A stretch of DNA of 64,000 bases from Paraspadella gotoi (lineage: Eukaryota; Animalia; Chaetognatha), in assembly GCA_051294375.1 (NCBI GenBank), contig CM119264.1, positions 15,154,682-15,218,681 of the forward strand, read 5' to 3'. Positions 13,711 to 27,400 of the stretch are shown piece by piece. The notes beneath the pieces are model-generated. The model was not told the DNA's origin. It searched no databases and worked only from the letters and a program-made list of their open reading frames with translations. The translations under genes were made by a program, and so were the position numbers. Within the stretch, counting starts at the first letter, position 1; each line of letters begins with the position of its first letter.

Positions 13711-14204
13711 ACAATTGCCATTTTGTTGAAGAGCAGGTGCAAGTGAAGCTCTAGTGGGTGGAGCTAAAGTTTATTTTGAATATTCCTTTACCTTACAAAA
13801 AGCTTCCTTCTTTGTAGAGCCCTTTAGTACGATAGGGTGAAAACACACAAATTTAATAGGACTATTCTTTTGTTTCAGAAAAAAAAGATTAAAATATCAG
13901 GTACACTTTTTATAATTTTTTAAAAATTTTATTGCTCTTTTGGTTTTACAGCCATCTGGTTTATTAAGACTAAAGCATATAATTTTTTTTTATTTTGTTG
14001 AAGAGCAGGTATAAGTAAAGATCTAGGGGGTGCAGACAGAAGAGCAAATTTCTATAGATAGTAAAGGGAAAAAAAATTACAATTTCAGGGGGTAAACTGA
14101 TTTACAAAAAGTAAATTTCTGGACAAAAACAATTTTTGAGACAAAATATATATAAAACAACCGTAAATTGGATGTCAGCCAAAATGCAAAAGATAACAGC
14201 TTTT

Positions 14205-15882
14205 TTAAAAATCCCAGCGTGACTTCTTCTTCTTCGAGTCGTCGGGAAGAGGAGGGGGAGAAAACACATGAGGGTCGGGCGCGGGCTGGGGTGGGGGTGG
14301 CGGTGGCGGAACCGGCATGGGATGGGCGGAGGAGTATGTCGGAGACGGCTTTGCCGTGTACCCGGGGGGAGGCGGGGGAAGGTGTCTCTTCTGGCGTTTC
14401 ATGGTCTCTTCAATTTGATCGTCTGTAATGACTTTTCCATAGGAGAACATATTTTCCTCTTTTGTGTCCGACCTTAGAAAATTACAAATTAAGTTCCGGA
14501 CAAGAAATTGCGAAAGTTAAAAATAATTAATATAGTATGGTAGACTAAAATCCACCAACCGTTCATCAGCGACCATTAGTGCAGGATGCAAGTCCTTCGC
14601 CTCCCAACCCAAAGGTCCGGGGTTCTAGCCCGGTGGTTGCCTAGCAGTTAAGAGGGACCGGGCGCTTCACCCGCCTGTAACACGGTGTTACAGCCCGATC
14701 TGAAGCTCAGGGGCTGCTTATATTCTAGACTTACGCTCGCTTGAGGATGCCCTTAGGGGGTTCAACACCCGTTTCGTTCTGCCGCTCAAGTTCTGAAGCA
14801 AGTGCGCGCGATCGAGTCTCCGACTCCCAACCTTCTACTCCGGCGGACTGGAAATGGGATCTGAATAGAGAAATAGGAAAGAGGGTTTTTCATTGCAGTA
14901 AGAGATGGAACTGCAAATTCAATTCGATTTTACTTGTATTGGCCGATAAAGGCGGAGCGAATAGTGGCAACTCGGTTGGTCTGTTGTCCGGATATGTTGA
15001 ATATCGAGGCGGAAGTTCCCTTTGATCCACCAAGTGCTTCGCGGGCGTCGGCAGTCGTTCCGCCCGGAGTGGAAGGACCGGCGGTACCGCTTTGGCTGCT
15101 GCCAAGGCCAGGTCGTTCACGAACACCGAAGGAACCGAGTTTTTTTCCTTTTCCGCCCTTGTATCGTGAATTTCTGAACCAAGACGACTGCATGGCTAAC
15201 TCCATTAAGTCGGCCGGCACCTCCTGATTAACGCTCTCTAAATTGCGAACCAAGTGGCCTGCAAATTCTTTGTCCTTGGCAACGACAAGAGTATACGCAT
15301 CGCCCGTTTCCCCGGCCCGGCCAGTCCGACCAATACGGTGCGTGTGCGTATCGATGTCACGGGCAACGTCGTAATTGACGACAGTTTTAATGTGGGGAAT
15401 GTCGAGACCGCGGGCTGCCACGTCCGTGGCAACGAGAACGGGAAACTCTTTCTTCTTAAACCTACAAATAATTCAAATCATAAACATTTATAAATAAATT
15501 AAATATACATTGATATACAATATACAAGGAAGTTCGAGTTAAGTTTTTATTTATTAGTTTTAATTTAATTATTAACTTATGAGAGTTTCAAGGATTAGTA
15601 AGAAATAATAAATGGAACGGCCGTTTTTATATACCTGGCGATGACGTTGTTCCGATCAACCTGATGCATGTCTCCATGAAGAAGCTCCAAAACAACGTCC
15701 TGCTTCTTCAAATTCTCCGCTAACTCCTCAGAGTTTTGTTTCTTGGTGACGAAGATAAGGACAGAACCGAGAGAGGTGAATCTGACGATGTTGGATGTGA
15801 GCCATTTCCACTTGAGAGAAACCTCTTTAAAAACTATGACATGTTGACGCACGTTCTCGTTGGCTTCCCCCACCGCCTCACC
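14205..15882 (-). CDS. DDX42: DEAD-box helicase DDX42, C-terminal half (exons approx. 15882-15635, 15461-14936, 14859-14735, 14473-14205)
   Basis: [72 protein letters not shown] and terminal KKKKSRWDF typical of DDX42. Confidence 0.93.
14536..14724 (+). mobile_element. Truncated, decayed LTR of the tRNA/twister TRIM inside the last DDX42 intron
   Basis: Aligns with the LTR at 56026; twister cleavage motif TAA mutated to TCA; 3' end missing. Confidence 0.8.
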
Positions 15883-17984
15883 CTATCGAAAAGAAAGCGT
15901 TACCTACTCACTAAGGCGTACGTAGTAAAATTTCTTAATTTATGTATCTTTAAATAAAATTCTAAAAGTGAGGAATGAACAACATTGTACTAATGAAGAA
16001 TGTAATAAAAAAATGTATTATTAATTTTGCTATTTTCGCAGTAGGCTACATTTATATACCGGCTCCGCACGCGCTTTTGGGAATAATTTGAAAAATTCAT
16101 TTGAAGTAATAAAAATCTTTTTTTTAAATAAAAAATGGTATGGTGTGAGAAAAAGTTTCAGGATCATGTTTACATGATCATAATCCTAATTAACAATTAT
16201 CGCTCTCGATAAATGACTACAAAGGGAAGGAGAGTTTTTTGCAACTGCGCACCGAAAAACTGACCCAATTGCAGCTGCATAAATAAGTCAGTAACAATGT
16301 AATTTTTGAATGTAATTTTTGAACCTACCCTTTAAAAACCCTTAAAATATGACTCTTGAAGAAAACAAGTTTGAGCAAACAATGTCGGATCTGCCTACGA
16401 TAATTTAGTGGTAATCAACTAATCCGATGATAAATCACGATAATTCTTTCTGACCTTAACAGATTATAACAAAAAAAAAAAAATAATAATAATAATAATA
16501 ACAGACTTCTTAATAAATCTATGAAAAAATCTATAAATCAATTAATCTATAAATGAACCAGTAGCTGCAATTAAATATGAATATATTTTTCAGTTAAAAA
16601 AATTAATATAGTAGCATGATAAAATGTTTTAAATATGTAAAATTATAAAAAAAAATTATTTTAAGTTTGATATAAACAGTTTAGATGTCTACCTTCTTGT
16701 CTGTGAAAAAAAATCGTCATTTTTCATTATCTTTAACTGGAAACAAAAAGCTTGACCCACTGCTTGTTTATCATATTAACATTTGAAATAGATACAAAAA
16801 TTCAAGCTTTCATCATTTTCTTTTTTATATAAAATATTTAATATTCTCAATTTGACCAAAGCTTTATTTCTTTGAAAACTTTGAAAAAAATATTCGACTT
16901 GACCAATCATCATTCAGAATTTTAGTTTTGTATGAAAAATAAAGATATGAAAAAACGAAAAACATCAGATTGTTCCAAAATCGAATGCCATGAATCTGAT
17001 TTTTCAAAATTCAAAATTTTGATTCATAGTCTAGATCTAAAATTCTGAACACAAAAATATTTTTTTTTGAAAAATGAATTAATTAATAATTGATGCAATA
17101 GTAATTGATTGATTATGGATGCAATATTAATTGATTGATTATTGATGCAATAGTAAATGATTGATTATTGATGTAATAGTAATTGATTAATTATTGATGT
17201 AATACTAATCGATTATTGATGTAATAGTAATTGATTATTGATGCGATAATAACCAATTATTGATATGATGATAATCATTCACTGATGTGATGATAGTCCT
17301 TTTAGAGCAATATATAATTAAAAGAGCGACATATAAATTATATTATAATTGAAACGTAATTCGTAGTAGTTTTTATATAAAAATTATTTTGTAAATAAAA
17401 CTAACAAATGCGTGTAGCAATATGAAACGTGACTATTTAAAAGACCTCAATGATGAGAAGTCATATTTAAATTTTTAACTTCCTATGATATCACACTTTT
17501 ACAAGAATCAATCATAATTTGTAATAGATTTTATATAAAAAATAGATAATTGTTTTATAAATAAAACAAATAAATCCGAGTTTTGATATGAAACTTGACA
17601 ATTTAAAAGACCTTGATGATAAGAAACCAAAACTAATTTTTTTACTTCCTATGGTTACACACTTTTACAATTTCCAATTGTAAACAAGCGTGATGACGAC
17701 GACAACAACGACCACGATGGCACAAAGAAGCAATTTTAAGAGATTATCGAGATAAAAAGAGAACGAGATAAAAAGAAAAAACTAAACAAATGATAAAAAA
17801 AAATAAGAAAAAACATTTATAACTAAGGGATGAAGGCGAGAACAATGCCTTTTTAGTTAAATGAGCAGTCAACAAAAACAAAACAAAATCTCAAAAGTAG
17901 AGTGATCTCGACAGACGTTACTATCAAAGAAAATTAATAAAAAAAATCCCCCAAAAAAATGAATGATTGATGCAATAACAAATA

Positions 17985-18384
17985 ATCTAATAATAATTGA
18001 TTAATCTAATAATAATTGATTAATCTAATAATAATTGATTAATCTAATAATAATTGATTAATCTAATAATAATTGATTAATCTAATAATAATTGATTAAT
18101 CTAATAATAATTGATTAATCTAATAATAATTGATTAATCTAAATAATAATTGATTAATCTAATAATAATTGATTAATCTAATAATAATTGATTAATCTAA
18201 TAATAATTGATTAATCTAATAATAATTGATTAATCTAATAATAATTGATTAATCTAATAATAATTGATTAATCTAATAATAATTGATTAATCTAATAATA
18301 ATTGATTAATCTAATAATAATTGATTAATCTAATAATAATTGATTAATCTAATAATAATTGATTAATCTAATAATAATTGATTA
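17985..18384. repeat. 19-bp tandem array (TAATAATAATTGATTAATC) ~21 copies within a HINE family 2 copy starting ~17886
   Basis: Directly visible near-perfect repeats. Confidence 0.95.
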
Positions 18385-18584
18385 TTGATGCGATGATAGC
18401 CAGTCATTGATGCGATGATAGCCAGTCATTGATGCGATGATAGCCAGTCATTGATGCGATGATAGCCAGTCATTGATGCGATGATAGCCAGTCATTGATG
18501 CGATGATAGCCAGTCATTGATGCGATGATAGCCAGTCATTGATGCGATGATAGCCAGTCATTGATGCGATGATAGCCAGTCATT
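18385..18584. repeat. 22-bp tandem array (ATTGATGCGATGATAGCCAGTC) ~9 copies
   Basis: Directly visible perfect repeats. Confidence 0.95.
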
Positions 18585-19210
18585 AGACACATTTGAATCC
18601 GACAATGTTTTAAATAAACAACCAGTCTCGGTGTCATTCTGTTCGTTTTTCCAAGCTCTTTTTAACTAAAAAAGTTTTATTTAAAAAAAAAAAACTTTTT
18701 CGCCCGAGCCAGGGGTGGTAAAGAGCCAAAATATGGAATTTCACCTTTTATGAGTATTTTTTAGCTTTTTTCAGTAATTTTTTTAATATAATTATCATTA
18801 ATCAAGTTAATTACTAATGATAATGCTTTTAAATTATCATATTTAACTATTTTTAAAACATTCATTTGCAAAAAATATTGGTTTAGGGCTTAAGCCAGGG
18901 GTGTTAAAGAGCTAAAATTTCTAAATTGTTTTTTTTAATATTTTCAAATAATAATTTACTATTTTTTTAAGGATTACATATTTTAATCATGATATTAAAA
19001 ATATTTGAAAATTTTAAATGGTTTTTTAAGTTAAGTAACATAGTTAATTATTTTTTTTATAATTAAAAGCATTAAAAAAATTGTAACCTATTTCTAAAAA
19101 GTTTTTTTTAAAAGATTCATCTTAAAAACAAAGAAATTTATAATTTTTTTTAATCATATAATGAAATTGTTATAACCAGGGATGTGGAGCTGGAGCTGGA
19201 GTCGGAGCTG

Positions 19211-19310
19211 NNNNNNNNNNNNNNNNNNNNNNNNNNNNNNNNNNNNNNNNNNNNNNNNNNNNNNNNNNNNNNNNNNNNNNNNNNNNNNNNNNNNNNNNNN
19301 NNNNNNNNNN
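19211..19310. other. Assembly gap (100 N); further gaps at ~35009-35033 and 62541-62565
   Basis: N runs. Confidence 1.
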
Positions 19311-22300
19311 AGGGTCGGTCTCTAGTTCGATCCTTCTTTCAGTTGATCCGCCGTCCGCGATGTATACTTTGTCATCATTCCCGGCCTCAGATGACACCTT
19401 GTCCCTTCAAGGTTTTCCAGGTATCCTCTGTTAGAAGTTAGCCTTGTTTTCCATCTCGATCCTTTTTCAGCATGAATTTGTAAGGCAGTTTGTTCGTCGA
19501 TGCTTCGCTAGCGCTAGCATCTGCTGCTTTTAAAGCTTCATGTTTGTTACCAAACAGTGTGCGTTATGGGTTTGTTATCCATTGACGCAATTTGCAAATT
19601 TTGCCTTTGGTCGGACGGTTGGACTACCCAAAGCTGGTCAGGGGCTCGGTTTGTGATGGCGGTTTTCCGATGATTATGTCTTGGTCATTATTCGTCCGGC
19701 CGAGACATAAAAAACAGTGCCGTAAAACCCAGCATTGAAACATCACCCTTAGGTTAATCCTTTCAGTCAAGGTGATTGTTTCCAGTGGCCGGTTGATAAC
19801 CGCAGTGGCGTTCCGTGATACACGTGATTCGACAAGCCCATTTTTTCTACGAATTTCCTCGGTACAGTGTTGATGGAGGCGCCTGTGTCATACAAACAAC
19901 TGGCGCGCTCCCGCGATTACCGCTGGGATGTAACTGTGTTTCTGCCCAGTGGCAGGCGAGATTCGTGTCGCTCGTCTAGGTTCTGGTCCAGGTCCTTCCT
20001 CAATCGAGTTGGTGATTCTTTCCGGTAAGCCAGGCATGTAGATTTCATCTCGGCCAGTCTCCGGCTTCGCCTTCGAGGAGGGAAGATTTCCGGTTGATGC
20101 ATTCGAGTTCTATTCGCCTGATTGTGGCCTGATGGAGGGATTCTCCAGTTTGTTCGCCGGCTTATATAGCGATAAGTAGGTTGTTTTTGCTGCCGGTCGG
20201 TTCGTAACTTTCTCAGGCCTAAATTTTCCGTTTGCGTTTTTTCTGGTTTTGGTCTGTTTGTTTGTTTTTGGATGAGGGTAAGCCTTCGGGAGGCGCCAAA
20301 AGATTGGTTGGGCTGGTCGTATTGACTTGATCGAGTGGCCTTGTTGAGCAACTTTGATTGATTTGACTGGTTGACTGTTCGTCGAGTTGTTCGGATCGAT
20401 TGTGGTTGGTTGATGGCTGATTGGTTGATTGGTATGTCAAGTGATTGTTAGGCTGATTTGCGACCGGCGTCGTTACGTTTTGCTCGCCTCATTAGCTTGG
20501 CGCAGGCCTTTGACCTTGATATTATAGCCATTTTCCCGGCTGTGTCCGTGAGAGGCCATTCTTTTCCATCCCATTTTGTGGAGAAATTTGTTAGCGAGAG
20601 CCGAGTTCGTTGGCGTCAAAGAGTCTAAAGCAGTTTTATACATTCGTGATGCTGTTTGATTTTCCTCTTAGCCTATTCGTCTGTGTCTGCTAATTCTTTT
20701 ATTTTTCCCCCTGAGACAGGGTCAACGTTTCGCGGTATTAATCGACATTACCTTTCTCACCGAGCTCCTTGTAAGATTCTTTAGCTGTTGTTCTTTAGTT
20801 CTTCGACTTTTTTAATTTTGTTTACAACGCATTGTAGTAGAATTCATTTTATTTTCGTCAATATCAGAAGCAGAATCAATATCAATATCTCGAGTTAAGT
20901 CTACGATGTCCCTTCTTTTCCAAAATAATGGCTTTTTCTCCCTTTCTTTCTTCGCGCCAGCTTTGCTTTTTGTCGCTTTTCCAGTCGCGGCGGTTTTTGA
21001 AAGGTTTCCTTTTCTTTGGTCCCTGTAGGGCTGTGTCGTTCTCGACGCTCGAAGCGATCCTCTCGATCAGATTGGCGTCCGGTCCTCCCTAACTCCTTCA
21101 AGCTCCTTCATCATTTCGCTCATGTTGTTCATTTTCTTGCAACATTGAGCCTTGATAAAAACGCTGTTGCACTGGCGTCTGGGTCCTTTGTCGGTTTGTC
21201 CTTTCTGAACAAGGGCGTTCACTAATTTTTCTTTGTCATCTTCCGATATGGTTTTTACGACCTTCCTGACGGCGACGTCGGCGTTTTTCTTGAGGTAGCC
21301 CCTCAATTTGTATTCTATCGCCTTCCCAAGGCGGCGAGTTTCGCCTTGTTCCAGCATCGTCGTCCATTCCAGTGTTTCCGACGTGATCCCGGGGACATAA
21401 GGTTCCAGGGCCTCTACAAGCATTTGCGCCACGTAGTCGGGGATGGAGGCCCTGTCCTTCTCCCTTACCGCCTCGAAGTTTTCCTTAGCGGCGTTGACGA
21501 GCGCCAATCCGTATTTGGCATGCACCTGCGGGTCCACCTCGATTTTTGCTTCTGTTAGGGCTTCGGCGATGCTCACGGTGGATCCTTCGCAGAGTGCTCC
21601 TCAGCCCAAGCCACATGGACTGGCTTATGGGCTCGACATAGCGGCTGGCGACCTTGTCCCTGGCGAGGAGGCGCGCAGTTGCTGTCGACTTTATCCGGCG
21701 TTGGTGAGTCCTTAAACGCTTCATAGAAGCTGCGGAGAAAGTCGGCAGGGGATTTCGTCAGATCTCCTTTTCTCGAGCTTGATTGGTTGCTCGGGTGGGG
21801 TGTAAGAGGGCGGGTCGCTTCTCCCGCTTTCTGACGGCGTTTCGTCTCTGGAGCTTTGACAGGGTTTCACTGACGGCTGTCTTAAAAAGTTTTCGCGAGG
21901 TTGATCCGGACGAGCGGCTTCGCGGAGATCAGGGTATAATCCTGATGGTGAGGCCTGGGCGCGAGACAAGCCCATGGGCCTCTCGTTGACATCCCGGTGA
22001 TTATTGTTGCTGACTTGAGTCATCATTTGCTGCATCATTCCGCGGAGGTCATCAATTTTTGATCCAAGGTTTGCTTCGCAGTCTTTGACGCGATTTTTTA
22101 AGATGGCAATCTCTTGCTTGTTTTGTTGGTTGACGTCGTTGATTACTTTGAGCACCTGGCGGGTCACCTCCGCCTGGTCGTTGCCCAATTGGCAGTGTTC
22201 CTGCAGATAACCGTTGAGTTCAAACGTGTAGAACTCGTGGTCTGCTGCGGTACTGCTACCGTCTTGTCCCAGCGCGGCGCCCGTGGTTGGCGTCGCGGAC

Positions 22301-22748
22301 CCCTTTTTCCATCCCACTTTAGCGCGTGAGATTGTTGGGGTGGTTGGTGTGTCCATTTTCTTTAAGGGTGGCGTGGTCTTTGGTGGGTAAGGCGAGTTCT
22401 CTTCGTGGAGACGTGGTGTGTCGAATCCACTCCTGTCACCACAATTTAGTAAGTAGACAGGGATTTCTGAGCGAAACCAAAGTGGATTTTATTTCTTCCA
22501 AAATAAACGATTAACAAGACGGTGTCAATTTCAAGGCAGAGTGAATCATACAGAATTTGGTCCCTTTTATACAGCCCAAACGGATCGGAGGTAAGGGTAA
22601 AATATCCTCGCGAAGGAAGCCCATCTGACCATTGGCGGTGCCATTTGTTGCCTCGACCAATGAGAATGTTTCATTCTGGTTCCGGTGGATTTTTCCCCCC
22701 GAGTCGCTGATCCGATTTCGACTTTGGAGTTCTGATTCCCTCTGCGAT
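19311..22748 (-). mobile_element. Degenerate Gypsy-like LTR retrotransposon 5' part: LTR (~22442-22748), tRNA-Leu-like PBS (22421-22441), gag-like ORFs, aspartic protease
   Basis: PBS TGGTGACAGGAGTGGATTCGA; TATA and AATAAA in LTR; frameshifted ORFs 22356-21721 and 21576-21067; retropepsin motif CLYDTGASINTV at ~19900-19865. Confidence 0.75.
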
Positions 22749-22749
22749 G

Positions 22750-24207
22750 AAATAATTAATTTATAGATAAATAATTGATTTAATTGAATAATTAATTGAA
22801 TAATTAATTATTGATTAATTGAATAATTAACTGATTAATAATTTGAATAATTTTACATCTTGCATTTACATTTAATATAAAAAGAAAAAGAATCATAATC
22901 AATTAGTGAAACAGGTTTTTTGTTTTTTCCATTTAGCTCTTTTCCACTCAGACGATTCCATTGAAACTTGATTTCCAGCTTCATCACACACTTTCCTACC
23001 CACATACAAAATTTCAAGTCAATCTTCCCATCCACTCCTGAGTACTTGGTGAAAAAAAGTAAAAAATATTTTTTTTGTTATTTCCATTTAAATCCTGGGG
23101 TCGTGGGTTCGAGCCCCACATTGGCGCCAGATGTTGCGGATTTCGGGCCGCAAAAAAGATCAATCCTACAATACCCAGTAGCTACTTTTTCCTATCAGGA
23201 AAAACGTTTTATTAGAGTTTTATTTGTAGTTTATTAGCATCCTTTATTTCCAACATGGAGGGCCGTTGCCAGGCCAAGGATTTCCTATCCAGGGAGATTT
23301 GGGCATAGTTCCTCTATGATCCTGAGGTCCGCTGGTCTTGCTGGGGCGCAGTTGTTCTTCTTTCTTCTTGGGAGGCCGCTGAACTGCCCCAGAAGCCTTG
23401 TTACACTCCTTTTTATAGAAAATCCTAGCCTACCCTTCCTCCTCATCTACATAAAATAGAGCATCTCATTGGTGCAAGGCTAAGGAACCTGAGTACCCCT
23501 TGAGGACCCTCAGCTCTCCTCTCTCTCCTAGTTGGCTGAGGGCTGTGGTATCTGAGATCTCTCTTTCCTCCTCTCTCTCTTGCTGAGGTGTGCAAGCTTG
23601 TCATTGGTTCTTCTGTTTTCCCGCCAACTTCTCATTAGATGATCTATGCTGAGATAGCTGACATAGCAGAGAAGTGACGAGAAAACTTGCTCAGGTACCT
23701 ATCGCTTCCTTCCTAACCTCAGGTAGAGAGCAGGGGCGAGCAGACTAGCTCAGGTACCTCTCTCTTCCTTCCTAACCTTAGGTTGCTGAGCAGGGGCGAG
23801 GAGACAAGCTGAGGAACCTCTCTCTTCCTTCCTATCCTTAGGTTGCTGAGCAGGGGCGAGAAGACTAGCTCAGGTACCTCTCTTTCAAAACTTCCTATCC
23901 TTAAGTTGCTGAGAGATCCCTCGCCTCGTAACACACTCGTACGATTCCATCGAAACTTCATTTCCCTACCCACTCACAAAATTTCATTCCAATCCATCCA
24001 TCCAATCACGAGTAATTGGAGTTTTTTGCTAATGTGGGATGGACGGACAGAGAGAGACGGACGGACATGGTTTTTTTTTTTTTTTGCATAATTTATCATA
24101 ATTTGATATTCTGACATGATATATGTGAATGCCCGACAAGATTAAGGGGACGGACCGACAAAGTGAATTATAGAGTCGGGATCTGCTTATAAGCAGATCC
24201 AATTAAA
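22750..24207 (-). mobile_element. HINE family 1 partial copy interrupted by an LTR-tRNA insertion
   Basis: Body and palindromic end match other family 1 copies. Confidence 0.7.
23091..23933 (-). mobile_element. Single 802-bp LTR (23132-23933) followed by a 39-nt tRNA-Lys(CUU)-derived sequence
   Basis: TGTT...AACA termini, TATA and AATAAA on -, 60-bp tandem repeats, then TGGCGCCAATGTGGGGCTCGAACCCACGACCCCAGGATT. Confidence 0.8.
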
Positions 24208-24424
24208 AAAGTTAAAACAATTTTTTACCGTTATTAACGGTTAATTTTTATCAGTTAAGGAATCTGCTGATAAGCAGATCCGGCTAAAAAACGATCACCG
24301 AGCAAAGTCCAGTGTAGTCCCACCTTAGCAACGGCGGCGTCGTCTCCTCTTTTAGTCGCGGTCGTTGTATTCTTGGTCGAAAAGTTTTTTACAAATCAAA
24401 GAACTTTGTTTAAATACTTTAAAG

Positions 24425-27400
24425 ATGGAACTAAGAGATCAATCGACTCAATTTTTACGACAATCCCAGAAGGCTCAGGTATGTAGTTTTGTATGTAAGT
24501 ATGTAAGTTGTTTGTATGTAACTATTTATGTACAATCCCAGAAGGCTCAGGTACTAGGTAGCTCTGTATGTATGGAGATTTGTTAAAAACTTAAAAGATA
24601 TATTTTTTCACAATAAAAGTTTTTCTTTATTAGTTTTTTTTTCGTTTTTCGATTGAAGGGCCAAGACGAAACCACAAAGGAGATAGATCATCAGGCCGTC
24701 GTAGCAAAGTCGATTTTCGGAAACGTAATGAACGACGGGGAGTACCACTCCGAGTTAAACATAACCCCGGCGATTGAAATTTTAAAAGCGTCTCTACAAA
24801 GTAAACGCCTTATTAACGTCCTAAGGTTTCTTATATATTAAACTTAACCCCATGGGCAAGTCGAAAAGCCACTTTTCACGTTCAGGCGGCGTCGTCGCGG
24901 AGCCAAAAGCAGCGCGACTGATGGCATCGTTAGAAACGATGAAATTTGAGCAACGACGTTCGATGATGAGAAGAGCTACACTGGAAGCCGAAATAATGGG
25001 GTCTTTAATTTTTTTTTTAAATGACATAGACATATCATCCTGCTTATTGACTGAATAGAGTCTAGCAGGCTAGCAACTTTGAAATATTGACTGATTGATG
25101 GTCAAATTTACTATTCATTTTTAAGGCTTGAAAACCTTGTCACCTTCCAATCCGCGACAGAATTTTCTTCACGTCTTCGTTGGAATCATGTCGCCGATGA
25201 CAACCTCCGGATAATTCGTCATAAATTGGGGCGACTAGATTCTATCCAAAGCGGAAAGGACTGTGATGGCGACGCGGACGAGGTCGACAATAGATTTGCA
25301 GATACTGCGCAGCAAACGGCAGCTCCTTCGACAAGCGAGTTTGGCGAGGCAACGCCGATGGAAGATGTGACACCCAACGTGACTGAAACGTTACGGCTGC
25401 AGCTTTATTTTCAGGAAAATGAGATTTTAAAGGTTAAGTCAGAAGATGTATACGTACCATTTTGAATAGAGATACTAACATTGCCTCGAATATACATAAG
25501 TTTTAATACCAAATCAAGGAGACGAATAATTTATTTGCAACAACAATTTTTATTATTAGACGAACAGGTTTCGGCTCACAATTAGCGAATAATTAATTAA
25601 TCAGTCAATTAATCAATCAATTAATTATTTAATACTTAATTGACTAATTTATTAATTAACTGATTAATTATTTGATTAATTTATACTTCTTGCATTTATT
25701 TAATATATTAAAAAAAAGCATAATCAATTGGTAAAACAGGTTTTTTGTTTTTTCCATTTAAACTCATTTTCACTCAGACGATTCCATTGAAACTTGTTTT
25801 CCAGCTTAATCACACACTTTCCTACCCACATACAAAATTTTAAGTCAATCGCCCCATCCACTCATGAATAATTTGCGTTCAAATAGTGAAATAAATTTTG
25901 TTTTTTCCATTTAAACTCATTTCCACTCGCACGATTCCATCGAAACTTCATAACCAGCTCAATCACACACTTCCCTACCCTCACACAAAATTTCATTTCA
26001 ATCTATCCATCCAATCACGAGTAATTGGTGTTTTTTGCTAAGGTGGGATGGACGGACATCGCTTTTTAGTTGCGCCGCGAGTACTCGCTGAGCAACTCTA
26101 TAAGTCACTTTTCGGTCCGTCGGTATGTCGATCCATTGGTCTGTCCCACTTACTTAAAAACGCTTATAACTTGTTTATACTGTTACGAAATAACTATCTT
26201 TAATATTACGAGGAAATCCAGCTTCTCTACCTTTTCCCCGTTGCTCTTTTGCTCTTTATTACTGACATCGAAAATGCTTTAGGCTCTTTCTTTTGTTTAT
26301 ACCTAAGTACAGAATTCCGAAGGCAGTGTACAGCTGATTCTGATTGGTGCCTGTGATTTCGATAGATTTCGATTAAGATTCTAATCGAATTCTGGCCTCG
26401 TGGCATCTTCAGATCTCAAAGTTGTCACTGGGTTTTTAGTTCTTTTCAGAGCATAGAAACTCTTTTATTAGATATCTCGGAATCTTATTTTTTGTGTGAT
26501 CGCTGGTTTGGTGGACTTTTCTATGAGAGAAGCATCTCTATTTTTGCATATTATTGGCTTAAGAAACAAGTAAGAAAGACACTTTAAATTTATATATATT
26601 TGCTGAGTTTGTATTAAATGTTTTGTTATTCCTTGCCCAGGACTTCTAACTCTTCGATTACAATCTACTACGACTTAGACTACTACTTCAACAGACTTAC
26701 ATCTACTTTGTCAAGTCCTGGGCTTCGTAGATCGTCGTCCTTTCGGCCTTAGCCGACGTCATTTACTGAGACTCTGTCGTCGTCATCTCCAGGGCGTTTT
26801 GACCGGCGCCATCGTCTCTTCTGCGCCATTTTATACCCGATTCCATCTGGTCTTCAATGCGCAGAATTAGTCCAGTCAGTTAGAATTCAAAGACAGCCCC
26901 TTCTCCGAACTTAGTTCAACACATATAGTTTGTTGCTCATTTGTTATAAATGATATGATAAGTAAAAAGAAAAGTAATGCGGCGTAACACCTTGGAATAA
27001 TCGTTCCTTGTTTTTGCATAATTTATCATAATTCGATGTTCTGACATGATATAAGTATGTAGTCGGGCAATGCCCGACTACAAGTATACGAGATCGTTAA
27101 AAATAATTACCGGGCTTACACTGATTATTCATAATATCAGCATCAAGACAAGATTGAGGATCTGGATGCGACATTGGAGTATCTGACGGGCTTAAAGATG
27201 GATTTTGAGGAGGAGTTGAAAGCGATCAAATCGGCGATGTCAGCGGTGACGACTAAGACAACGACCAATCAACTGCAGCGAGAAATAAAGGAAATGAAAT
27301 TTGACATGGCAGAAACGCAGAAAGAGATCAGGCAAGTAATGATTTGTACAATTCCAAAAAAAATGCTAAAGTGTTAGCCTTAATCAGCGCTTTATATAGT

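Noticed and set aside
17985-18584. CRISPR-like array
   Set aside because: Head-to-tail repeats without unique spacers; eukaryotic context
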